Below, piece after piece: positions 50,832-59,204 of a DNA stretch of 59,355 bases. This DNA comes from Candidatus Hydrogenedens sp. (lineage in GTDB: Bacteria; Hydrogenedentota; Hydrogenedentia; Hydrogenedentales; Hydrogenedentaceae): the NCBI GenBank assembly GCA_049968235.1, contig JBMFRC010000020.1, positions 1 to 59,355 of the forward strand. The letters are read 5' to 3'. Every line of letters begins with the position of its first letter. Within the stretch, counting starts at the first letter, position 1. The position numbers and the translations under genes are program-made. Under the pieces are notes generated by a model, which did no database searches, was not told the origin of the DNA, and saw only the letters and a list, made by a program, of their open reading frames with translations.

Positions 50832-51768
50832 TTTTATAAATCTTTAACTCTTCATATATATCTATTAGATCTCTTATTTCAAATTTACCTATGTCCCATA
50901 TCATAGCATTTGCAGTCCCTAATGCAACACCCAATCTTCCGGTATCCTCTATGGAAAACTTCTTGTGTAAACCAATTGCAAAACCAGCCACAAGAGCATC
51001 TCCTGAACCTACAGGATTTATTTCTTTTATTTTGGGGGGGACTATGTGAAAATAAGTATTATCCCGAAAAACAAGAGCCCCTTCCCGTCCCATAGACAAG
51101 ACCACCAGGGGTATTTTATGCGATTTGTGTAAATACTGAATGGCTTCTATTCTCGAATTTATATTTTTTAAGTCAGAATTTAAAAATTTAGATAGTTCCT
51201 CAATATTAGGTTTTACCATATAAGGTTTACTTTTTATGCCCTCTGAGAATTCATTACCATAAGTATCAAGTATGACTTTAGTTCCTTTATCATTTGCTAT
51301 TTTTATCAAATCTTTATATAAAAAGGATATTTCTGCATCAGGAACAGTTCCTGAAAGAACGACAATGGGTATCCTATGCGAGGATAGGATTTCCTCAAAT
51401 TTTTGAATAAAATTTTGATATTCTTCAATAGATATTTTAGGTCCTGGTTCAAAGAAAGCAGTTTGTCTCCACGATTTTTCTTCAAGGACAGTGGTTATTG
51501 TTCTTGTTGGAATTTCAGTCCATACAGGGAAACATGTAACCCTATCATTTTCGCAAAGCATTTTTATCACTTGTTTCCCCGTGTATCCTCCGACCCACAA
51601 CAGAGCACCAGCACGAAATCCTAATGTTACTAATACGCGGGCAACATTGTTCCCCTTACCACCGGATATTTGTGTATATTTATAGGCACGAACTCTATCA
51701 CCGGGTTTGAATTCTCGAATAAAAACGGTTTTGTCGATGCATGGATTGGGTGTAACAGTAAGGAACAT
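50743..51768 (-). CDS. PfkB-family carbohydrate kinase (1-phosphofructokinase/tagatose-6-P kinase-like)
   Basis: N-terminus LTVTPNPCIDKT and C-terminal PVGSGDALVAGF (GAGD-type anion hole). Confidence 0.7.
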   Translation of the reverse strand: MFLTVTPNPCIDKTVFIREFKPGDRVRAYKYTQISGGKGNNVARVLVTLGFRAGALLWVGGYTGKQVIKMLCENDRVTCFPVWTEIPTRTITTVLEEKSWRQTAFFEPGPKISIEEYQNFIQKFEEILSSHRIPIVVLSGTVPDAEISFLYKDLIKIANDKGTKVILDTYGNEFSEGIKSKPYMVKPNIEELSKFLNSDLKNINSRIEAIQYLHKSHKIPLVVLSMGREGALVFRDNTYFHIVPPKIKEINPVGSGDALVAGFAIGLHKKFSIEDTGRLGVALGTANAMIWDIGKFEIRDLIDIYEELKIYKINPINNQQVQYKGHTPLPVLLPKLKDFSP

Positions 51769-51776
51769 AGGTATAA

Positions 51777-52754
51777 TTATTTATGTTCTTCGTAATATCT
51801 TGTTAAGGCACAACCTGCACAACCGATAACGCCACTGTCTTCACCTAAACCGGCGGGGACAATCTCACATCGTTTTGCTGGCACTTCAAAGGCATTTTTC
51901 ATTACTGTTTCCCGAACAGGGTTAAATAAAACATTACCTGCGGATATCATTCCACCACAAAGAATAACCCGTTCTGGATTTAACATATTAACGATGCTGG
52001 CAATACCCAGACCGAGCCATACTGCTGTTTCATGGAATACTTCCCTGGCAAGTGCGTCGCCTTTTTCGACTGCCTGAAAAATCATCTTACCCGTGATAGT
52101 ATGAATATTGTTATGGCATATTTCTGTCAATATAGTTTTCTTTCCTTTTTCAATTTCTTCCTGTGCAGTGCGGACCATACCCGTTACCGATGCGTACGCT
52201 TCTAAACATCCTTTAGAACCACAACCGCATAATCTACCATCCCTCTGGACCTTCAAATGTCCTAATTCTCCTGCAGTTCCATCAATACCACGCAGCAACT
52301 TCTTAAAAACAACAATACCACCACCTACTCCTGTGCCTAATGTCAGCACCGCGATACAATCACAACCCTGGCCTGCTCCCAGCCAATATTCTCCAAAACA
52401 TGCTGCATTCGCATCATTTTCAATATAACAGGGGACATTTAACCGTTTTCGCATTTCGTCGGCTAAAGGGACATTATGCCAGCCTGGCAAATTCGGTGGG
52501 CTATATACAATTCCCGTTTGCCAATTCATCGGACCCGGTGCACCAATTCCAACGGATAAAATATCTTGAGTCGTTAGACCTTCCTTATCCATTAACTCAT
52601 GCACGACATCAGCCATAGCATCCATAATGGCTTTGGGTCCTTCCTGTGTGGGCGTAGGGACGCTTGTTTTCACAACGATTCTTTTCTCTTCAGATACAAT
52701 AGCAGATTTTATATTTGTTCCGCCCAAATCAACACCAATAATATATTTACTCAC
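51777..52754 (-). CDS. ROK-family glucokinase
   Basis: IIGVDLGGTNIKSAIV. ROK zinc motif CGCGSKGCLEAYAS. Confidence 0.8.
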   Translation of the reverse strand: MSKYIIGVDLGGTNIKSAIVSEEKRIVVKTSVPTPTQEGPKAIMDAMADVVHELMDKEGLTTQDILSVGIGAPGPMNWQTGIVYSPPNLPGWHNVPLADEMRKRLNVPCYIENDANAACFGEYWLGAGQGCDCIAVLTLGTGVGGGIVVFKKLLRGIDGTAGELGHLKVQRDGRLCGCGSKGCLEAYASVTGMVRTAQEEIEKGKKTILTEICHNNIHTITGKMIFQAVEKGDALAREVFHETAVWLGLGIASIVNMLNPERVILCGGMISAGNVLFNPVRETVMKNAFEVPAKRCEIVPAGLGEDSGVIGCAGCALTRYYEEHK

Positions 52755-54216
52755 AGTTTATACCTCCTTTGTTATGTAAATATTCAATGGCTCTGGAAAG
52801 TCGTTCCAGTGTTTTTTCTTTCCCTAACAATTCCATAAGTTCAAAGAAGCCCGGTCCAACCGATTTTCCCGTAAGTGCAAGGCGTGTAGGATTTATCAAT
52901 GCACCTAATTTTATATTAAATTCAGCACAAACTTCATCAAAAACCTGCTTTAACGGGTCATGTTCCCACACAGATACACAGGACAGTTTAGTCTGAACCT
53001 TTTTTAGATAAGTAATTACCGTTTCTGGCGTTTTCCATAATTTTGCTTCCGCTTCCGATTCATAAGTATCAAAATCCTTGAAAAAGAAGTCAGAAAGAAA
53101 CACAATTCGATTTAAAGTTGGCAATTTTTCCTGACAAATTTGAGCCAATTTTGTCAACCATTCCTTACTTTTTGTAGATGTGTTAAACCCATGCTTTTCG
53201 AGGATAGGTATAAGGCGGTCACGAAGGTCTTCAACCGATAAATTGCGAATATGCAAACCATTAAGCCATTCTAATTTTTTCCGGTCAAATCGTGCAGCAG
53301 ACTTGTTAATTCGTTCGATTGAAAAATGTTCAATAAGTTCGGGCAGAGTAAAAAACTCGCGATTTTCCTCCTCCGATGTCCAGCCTAAAAGTGCTACATA
53401 GTTAACAATAGCCTCCGGCACATACCCATCTTCCCGCCAATCTAACACATTCGCACCATGCAATCTCTTACTAAACTTTCGACCTTGCTCATCATGAACC
53501 AGCGGATGATGTGCATAATGGGGGAGCGGAGCATCCAATGCCTTGAAAAGCATAATGTGGCGGGGGGTATTTGTTAAATGGTCATCACCGCGAATGACAT
53601 GCGTTATTTTCATCGTAATATCATCTACAACTACAGCCAGATGAAAAACCGGATCACCATTGGCACGAAGAATGATAAAATCATCATACTGACTGTTCTT
53701 AAAAACAACCGTCCCTTGAATAAGGTCATTTACCACCGTCTCACCTTCCGGCACACGAAAACGAATTACATAAGGGGCATCCCCTTTTTCACGAACCTGT
53801 TCCGGGGTTAAATTCCTGCAAAAACCCGGATAATACAGATTCCCTGTTTCATCTTTATAAGATTCCAAACTTTCCTTTGAACAAAAACACTTATAGGCTT
53901 TCCCCCGTTCCAATAATTGATAAGCCATTTTCCTATAAAGTTCTTTCCGTTGACTTTGACGGTAAGGAGCATAATCCCCTTTCTCAGGCACATCACCAAA
54001 CGGGGGTCCCTCATCCCAATCAATCCCTAACCACTTAAACCCCTCACACATCCCGAAAACATACTGTTCATCTGTTCGCTCCGCATCAGTGTCTTCCAAT
54101 CTTAATATAAATGTTCCCTTATTCTTACGAGCAAAAAGCCAATTATACAATGCAGTCTTAGCAGTACCTATATGCAAAAAGCCTGAAGGCGAAGGTGCTA
54201 TTCGTGTGCGAACCAT
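52747..54216 (-). CDS. gltX: glutamate--tRNA ligase
   Basis: HIGH motif PSPSGFLHIGTAKTA. KMSKS variant KFSKR. Confidence 0.9.
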   Translation of the reverse strand: MVRTRIAPSPSGFLHIGTAKTALYNWLFARKNKGTFILRLEDTDAERTDEQYVFGMCEGFKWLGIDWDEGPPFGDVPEKGDYAPYRQSQRKELYRKMAYQLLERGKAYKCFCSKESLESYKDETGNLYYPGFCRNLTPEQVREKGDAPYVIRFRVPEGETVVNDLIQGTVVFKNSQYDDFIILRANGDPVFHLAVVVDDITMKITHVIRGDDHLTNTPRHIMLFKALDAPLPHYAHHPLVHDEQGRKFSKRLHGANVLDWREDGYVPEAIVNYVALLGWTSEEENREFFTLPELIEHFSIERINKSAARFDRKKLEWLNGLHIRNLSVEDLRDRLIPILEKHGFNTSTKSKEWLTKLAQICQEKLPTLNRIVFLSDFFFKDFDTYESEAEAKLWKTPETVITYLKKVQTKLSCVSVWEHDPLKQVFDEVCAEFNIKLGALINPTRLALTGKSVGPGFFELMELLGKEKTLERLSRAIEYLHNKGGINCE

Positions 54217-54418
54217 AATGTTCCTTACAACAATTCATAATTTAATTTTATGGAATAAAGAGATTTTATAATACCACGAATATCCACATATTTTCACATA
54301 TCAAAAAAACACCCAAAAAAAATCATAACAAACAATCTCTCACCACCTCGCAATCTATACTTAAACAACTATATTATTTATAATCATTAGTCTTATTAGA
54401 TAGTGAATAAAGCAATTT

Positions 54419-54450
54419 AAAAAAAATAAATGCCCCCACTGGGAGGGCAT
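54419..54450 (-). terminator. intrinsic terminator of the tracrRNA
   Basis: Minus-strand RNA AUGCCCUC-CCAGU-GGGGGCAU: 8-bp stem (one G-U), 5-nt loop, followed by UUUAUUUUUUUU. Confidence 0.6.
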
Positions 54451-54492
54451 TGGCTACCTTTTACGGATACCCTTACGCAGCAGAACTCCTTA

Positions 54493-54528
54493 CTATGTTA
54501 AGAGGAGAAATGCTCGCTCTGCTATAAT
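54493..54528. repeat. solitary degenerate CRISPR repeat copy, inverted relative to the array (encodes the tracrRNA anti-repeat)
   Basis: CTATGTTAAGAGGAGAAATGCTCGCTCTGCTATAAT versus the reverse complement of the array repeat, GCTATGTTTTGAGGGAAGTGCTCGCTCTGCTATAAT. The 3' 18 nt and 5' 7 nt are identical; the middle is diverged. Confidence 0.75.
54520..54528 (+). promoter_or_regulatory. putative cas9 promoter: extended -10 TGCTATAAT contributed by the degenerate repeat
   Basis: Perfect TGnTATAAT on the + strand, 116 nt upstream of the cas9 ATG. No recognisable -35. Confidence 0.35.
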
Positions 54529-54536
54529 CTTTTTTA

Positions 54537-54565
54537 ATTATAGCAAAAAAAAATTGAAATGTCAA
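54537..54565 (-). promoter_or_regulatory. tracrRNA promoter (consensus sigma70 with extended -10)
   Basis: On the minus strand: TTGACA (54565..54560), exactly 17 nt spacer, TGCTATAAT (54545..54537). The predicted TSS is about 54530, at the first nucleotides of the anti-repeat. Confidence 0.6.
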
Positions 54566-54643
54566 ATTATATTTGGTAAATTATTTAATATAATTATTGA
54601 CAAATTTTTATTTTTAACCAAACACAAAAAAAGGAGAAAGAGA

Positions 54644-57600
54644 ATGAACAATACAGATAACTTTGATAACTTTAGTCCTTATACATTAGGTCTTGATTTA
54701 GGTTCCAATTCTATCGGTTGGGCACTTATTAAATTAGATGAGAACGATAATCCCTGTGGAATTGAGAAGGTGGGTGTTCGCGTATTTGAGGCGGGTATGG
54801 AAGGTCAGTATGAAAGTGGAAAAGAAGAATCGCGAAATAAAAAAAGAAGGGATGCCCGGTTAGCTCGTCGTCAATATGAACGCCGTGCTCGAAGGTATCG
54901 TAAGTTAGCAAACTTACTTCAGAAGATAGGATTACTTCCGGAGGGCGATATGAATAATAGTTTAGAAAGGCAAGCCATTCTGGATACATTAGATAAGGAA
55001 TTACGTTCCAGATATATTAATCCCAATCTTCCTGAAGAAGAAAAAAATCGACTGAACCAAATATTTATCTATTACCTCCGTTCATTGGCAGTCGAGCAGA
55101 AGTTAGAACCGTTTGCATTAGGACGTATCCTATATCATTTATGTCAGAGACGCGGATTCTTAAGTAATCGTCGTGGACAAAAACAAGATGATGAAGAACG
55201 AGGAAAAGTAAAGGAAGGAATCGCCGAAATTCGACAGGAAATGAGCCGATTAGGTGCAGAAACACTCGGTAGATATTTTGCTAAAATTGACCCTCTTGAA
55301 AAACGAATACGCGGGAGATGGACTGCCCGTGATATGTATGAACAAGAATTCTATACTATCTGGGAACACCAGGCAAAATATTATCCAGAACTACTCAACG
55401 ATACAAATAAAAAACAAATCTTCCGTGCAATATTTTTTCAACGCCCCTTAAAATCGCAAAAAGATAAAATTGGGTTTTGCCAGTTTGAATGTATCAAACT
55501 AGGTGCCCAACGCAACCGTCGCCGGGCTCCATGGTTTATACTCAAAGCACAAAGGTTCAGATTGCTACAAAAAGTGAATGATTTGTTAATTGTAGAAGAT
55601 AAGTTTACAAAAAGACCTCTCACAGATGATGAACGAAAAATAATTATAGACCATCTTGAAAAATATGGAGATGAAACCTTTGCACAATTGCGCAAACTGT
55701 TGGGTTTGAAAAAGACAGTAAAATTCAATCTGGAAGAAGGTGGAGAAAAGAAAATTCGTGGAAATAGAACCGCAGGTGCTATTCGTGAAGTTATCGGTGA
55801 ACTATGGGACAACATGCCGGATGCGGAGCGGGATAAACTTGTTGAAGATATATATTCCATTGTCAGTAATAAAGCATTAAAGAAACGATTAATAAACCAT
55901 TGGAAATTCACAGAAGAACAAGCAGAAAAATTATCGGAAATAAGCATTGAAGATGGTTACTGCAATCTATCCCGTCAGGCAATTGATAAATTCCTGCCTG
56001 GACTGGAATCGGGAAAACACTATTCTACATTAGTCAAAGAAATTTATGGGATAGATGACATTAATATCATAGTTAACCTGTTACCCCCCTTAGAATCCGC
56101 CCCTATTGGCGAAATTCGGAATCCAACCGTAACACGAACATTGGCGGAAATGAGAAAAATCGTTAACGAACTTGTAAAACGATATGGCAAGCCAAAGTTT
56201 ATTCATATTGAAACTGCACGAGATTTAAGGAATACAAAAAAAGAACGAGAGAAGATTTGGAAAAATAACAGATATTTGGAAGAAGTTCGTGAAAAAATAA
56301 AAAAAGACCTGATAAGTAAAGGTATCTCCAATCCAACAAATGATGATGTTGAACGATATATGTTAGCAGATGAGTGTGGTTGGGTTTGTCCTTATACAGG
56401 TCGTTCTATTAGTTTTAATGCCTTATTTGTCGAATCTCAATTCGATATAGAACATATAATTCCGCTCAGCCGCTGTCTCGATAATTCATTCAAGAATAAA
56501 ACATTGTGTTATCACGAGGAAAATAGGAATAGAAAGCATAATCAAACGCCGTTTGAAGCCTATGGCTCAAATGAAACACAATGGAATGAAATTTTAAGAA
56601 GGGTCGAAAATTTTAGTTCGATATACGCAGTAGAAAAATTAAAACGATTTAAAATGCACGGGGAAGATTTAGACGAATTCATCGATAAGTTTTCTGCATC
56701 TCAATTAAATGACACGCGCTACGCTTCGAGAGAAGCAAGAATATACTGTGCTTTGCTATACGGAAAAGAATATCGAAAACATGTATTCACCGTATCTGGT
56801 TCAACAACAGCAGTCATACGGCGTATGTGGGATTTGAATAAGATATTAGGTAGTGCGGAAAAAAATAGAGAAGACCATCGACAGCATGCTATCGACGCTA
56901 TCGTAATTGCCCTGACTTCACCTGCAATGATAAAGAGCATTTCCCAACAGGCAGAAAAAATCCCGAAAGATACCCCCAAACGATACCGCTGGTGGAGACA
57001 TATTAAACCGCCATGGGATACTATCTTTAACGAAGCCCATGAAAAAGTGCTGAATATTATTGTCTCACACCGTCCCGAACGAAAAGTGAGCGGTAGACTT
57101 CATGAGGAAACAAATTACAGTCCACCCAAACCCGGTGATAAAGAAGGAGAAACCGTTGTTCATGTAAGAAAATCTTTAAGTAATATTTCTAAGGGTGAGA
57201 TAGAAGAAATTGTTGACCCGGTTGTTAGGGAAACAGTAAAAAAGAAATTAGAAGAATTGGGGGGAGACCCGAAAAAAGCCTTTGCTGACCCCGCGAATTA
57301 TCCATTAATGCCCAATAAGAAAGGACTTCATATACCTATACGCCATGTGCGTATTCGTAAAAAAATGAATGTTTTCCCCATAGGCAAAAATGAACGAATT
57401 CGTTATGTCGCCACAGATGAAAATCACCATGTGGAAATTTTTGAGACAAAAGATAAAAAAGGAAAAACCATCTGGGATGCTAATGTGGTCAGCATGTTCG
57501 AAGCAATGCAACGAAAGAAAGAGGGCAAAGAAATTATCCAGCGAAAACTTATCCGCGATGGGAAAGTTGTCGAAGATGCAAAATTCCTCTTTAGCCTCTG

Positions 57601-57844
57601 CAAAGGAGATGTGGTTTACATGAAAGAATTGTATGATGAAAACAAATATGAATACTTTAAATTAATAAAAATGGATATAAACTGTGTATTTATGTTTCTT
57701 CCAATTTACATGGCAAAAATACCACAAAAAAATGGTAAGAAGGATTTTACAGGATTAACAAGAAAACCAAGTTCTCTTTTAACTTCTGATGCAAAGAAAT
57801 GTTCTATCAATGTTTTAGGAGAAGTGCAAATAGCACATGACTGA
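54644..57844 (+). CDS. cas9: Cas9, type II-C (1066 aa)
   Basis: RuvC-I LGLDLGSNSIGWAL (Asp18). Arg-rich bridge helix RRDARLARRQYERRARRYRKL. RuvC-II IHIETARD (Glu523). HNH FDIEHIIP...N (His604, codon 56453..56455). RuvC-III HHAIDAIVIA (His748/Asp751). The ATG at 54644 lies 7 nt after AAGGAG. The ORF-track start at 54554 adds a spurious 30-aa extension. Confidence 0.9.
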   Translation: MNNTDNFDNFSPYTLGLDLGSNSIGWALIKLDENDNPCGIEKVGVRVFEAGMEGQYESGKEESRNKKRRDARLARRQYERRARRYRKLANLLQKIGLLPEGDMNNSLERQAILDTLDKELRSRYINPNLPEEEKNRLNQIFIYYLRSLAVEQKLEPFALGRILYHLCQRRGFLSNRRGQKQDDEERGKVKEGIAEIRQEMSRLGAETLGRYFAKIDPLEKRIRGRWTARDMYEQEFYTIWEHQAKYYPELLNDTNKKQIFRAIFFQRPLKSQKDKIGFCQFECIKLGAQRNRRRAPWFILKAQRFRLLQKVNDLLIVEDKFTKRPLTDDERKIIIDHLEKYGDETFAQLRKLLGLKKTVKFNLEEGGEKKIRGNRTAGAIREVIGELWDNMPDAERDKLVEDIYSIVSNKALKKRLINHWKFTEEQAEKLSEISIEDGYCNLSRQAIDKFLPGLESGKHYSTLVKEIYGIDDINIIVNLLPPLESAPIGEIRNPTVTRTLAEMRKIVNELVKRYGKPKFIHIETARDLRNTKKEREKIWKNNRYLEEVREKIKKDLISKGISNPTNDDVERYMLADECGWVCPYTGRSISFNALFVESQFDIEHIIPLSRCLDNSFKNKTLCYHEENRNRKHNQTPFEAYGSNETQWNEILRRVENFSSIYAVEKLKRFKMHGEDLDEFIDKFSASQLNDTRYASREARIYCALLYGKEYRKHVFTVSGSTTAVIRRMWDLNKILGSAEKNREDHRQHAIDAIVIALTSPAMIKSISQQAEKIPKDTPKRYRWWRHIKPPWDTIFNEAHEKVLNIIVSHRPERKVSGRLHEETNYSPPKPGDKEGETVVHVRKSLSNISKGEIEEIVDPVVRETVKKKLEELGGDPKKAFADPANYPLMPNKKGLHIPIRHVRIRKKMNVFPIGKNERIRYVATDENHHVEIFETKDKKGKTIWDANVVSMFEAMQRKKEGKEIIQRKLIRDGKVVEDAKFLFSLCKGDVVYMKELYDENKYEYFKLIKMDINCVFMFLPIYMAKIPQKNGKKDFTGLTRKPSSLLTSDAKKCSINVLGEVQIAHD

Positions 57845-58730
57845 ACATATTATAGACCTGTCCGAAGAAGGTGGACGGCTGAATATCGATTTAGAACGAT
57901 TAGCAATAACACAAGGGGAGAAGGAATTTTTTATTCCCTTAGCAGAAGTATCTGTGGTAATTGTTTCACATCCGGCTGTAACTTTAACACAACCCGTATT
58001 GTCCGGCTTAATGAAGTATGGAGCCGTATTTATTACCTGTGATGAAAAACGAATGCCCATCGGTATGATGTATCCATTAGTGGGACATCATCTACAAATG
58101 GAAAAATTAAAATATCAGATAGAAGCCTCTTTACCTATACGCAAACGAGCATGGCAACAGATTATTAAATCAAAAATTCAAGCACAGGGAAACTTATTAT
58201 TAGAATTACACGGAGACGATAAAGGTCTAATTCCATTAGCAGAACGCGTGCAGTCCGGTGACCCGGATAATGTGGAAGGACTGGCAAGCAGGAAGTATTG
58301 GAATTTTTTATTCCCAGCCGAATTTGAGTTCCATCGAAATCCAGAAGCAGGGGGAATTAATGCCCTGCTGAATTATGGATATGCTATTCTACGCGGGATT
58401 ACAGCAAGAGCCATCGTTAGTGCAGGGCTAAATCCAAGTATCGGCATTCATCATCACAACCGATATAATCCGTTTTGCCTCGCTGATGATTTAATGGAAC
58501 CCTATCGACCCATTGTAGATTTTGCTGTGGTGAAGTTTATGCGGGGAAAAGATGCCTTTGTTGAACTAAATAAAGAAGCAAAACAATTTCTGATACAAAA
58601 TTTGATGAAAAAATATAAAATGAATGATGAAGAACGAAACTTGTTCGATATTACTTTTAGAACCGCTGTATCCCTTGCTCAGATGTTTGAGGGAAAAAGA
58701 AAAACATTAATACTCCCTGAAATTGTATAA
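57837..58730 (+). CDS. cas1: Cas1 (type II)
   Basis: Motifs CDEKRMP, LNYGYAIL, DLMEPYRP are shared with type II Cas1. An 8-nt overlap with the cas9 stop indicates translational coupling. Confidence 0.9.
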   Translation: MTEHIIDLSEEGGRLNIDLERLAITQGEKEFFIPLAEVSVVIVSHPAVTLTQPVLSGLMKYGAVFITCDEKRMPIGMMYPLVGHHLQMEKLKYQIEASLPIRKRAWQQIIKSKIQAQGNLLLELHGDDKGLIPLAERVQSGDPDNVEGLASRKYWNFLFPAEFEFHRNPEAGGINALLNYGYAILRGITARAIVSAGLNPSIGIHHHNRYNPFCLADDLMEPYRPIVDFAVVKFMRGKDAFVELNKEAKQFLIQNLMKKYKMNDEERNLFDITFRTAVSLAQMFEGKRKTLILPEIV

Positions 58731-58849
58731 ATATAATCCATGGCTAAAAAAGCCACGAACTTGCAAATTAAGAACAAATTAAACCATGAAAAGCCATGAG
58801 CAAGAAAAAAGATAAAAATAAAAAACCTCAAATATCAGGATATAAATCT

Positions 58850-59155
58850 ATGTGGATGATCGCTATGTTCGATTTACCTGTGGAAACAAATGAAGACCGA
58901 AAACATGCTACGCAGTTTCGAAATTTGCTATTAAGAGAAGGATACTCCATGTTGCAGTTTTCCGTTTATGGCAGATATTTCCCAAGCGAAGAAGCAAGTG
59001 AACCCTATAAAAAAAGAATTCGTCAAAGTATTCCACCACGAGGAGAAGTCCGACTCCTCTATATTACTGATAAACAGTTCGAGAAAATGGAAATCTTCGT
59101 GTCAAAAAAGAAACGAAAAGCAGAAGAACCTACCCCACAATTACTACTTTTTTAA
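58850..59155 (+). CDS. cas2: Cas2
   Basis: MWMIAMFDLPV...RNLLLREGYSMLQFSVY matches the Cas2 core (MLVLVTYDV-type start). The ATG at 58850 lies after AGGA. The ORF-track start at 58796 adds a Lys-rich 18 aa without an SD. Confidence 0.8.
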   Translation: MWMIAMFDLPVETNEDRKHATQFRNLLLREGYSMLQFSVYGRYFPSEEASEPYKKRIRQSIPPRGEVRLLYITDKQFEKMEIFVSKKKRKAEEPTPQLLLF

Positions 59156-59175
59156 TAAAAAATCCTCCCTTTTTA

Positions 59176-59190
59176 ACTATGTTTGAGGGA
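59176..59190. repeat. partial degenerate inverted repeat fragment between cas2 and the array
   Basis: CTATGTTTGAGGGAT matches the first 16 nt of the reverse-complement repeat (CTATGTTTTGAGGGAA) with one T deletion and one substitution. Confidence 0.4.
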
Positions 59191-59204
59191 TTTATAAATT
59201 TTAG

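Larger units (their letters stand above)
54422..54530 (-). ncRNA. tracrRNA (about 108 nt) of the type II-C system
   Basis: The minus-strand transcript starts AUUAUAGCAGAGCGAGCA, which is 18 nt identical to the repeat 5' end on the + strand and therefore complementary to the crRNA repeat. A bulged region and AACAUAG follow, then a UAAGG nexus-like motif, stem-loops and the terminator. A consensus promoter lies directly upstream. Confidence 0.65.

Noticed and set aside
54597-54625. TTGACA hexamer at 54597..54602 as the cas9 -35.
   Set aside because: No acceptable -10 lies 16-18 bp downstream (AAACAC/CAAACA).
54554-54643. A 30-codon N-terminal extension of cas9 in the ORF track (MKCQIIFGKLFNIIIDKFLFLTKHKKRRKR).
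   Set aside because: It overlaps the tracrRNA promoter and start, is low-complexity, and has no SD. The ATG at 54644 has AAGGAG 7 nt upstream and begins the conserved RuvC-I motif.
54493-54643. Alternative model with the tracrRNA on the + strand, anti-repeat at its 5' end and tail running toward cas9.
   Set aside because: The + strand downstream has no nexus, hairpins or terminator and runs into the cas9 RBS. It would pair only with a + strand crRNA, which contradicts the minus-oriented -10 boxes in the repeats. The minus-strand model has a consensus promoter and a strong terminator.
59161-59204. A conventional leader with promoter between cas2 and repeat 1, as in type II-A.
   Set aside because: No -35/-10 pair is found on the + strand. 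The repeats instead carry minus-oriented extended -10 boxes, so a distal or absent leader is more likely. The window is too short to exclude a leader at the far end.
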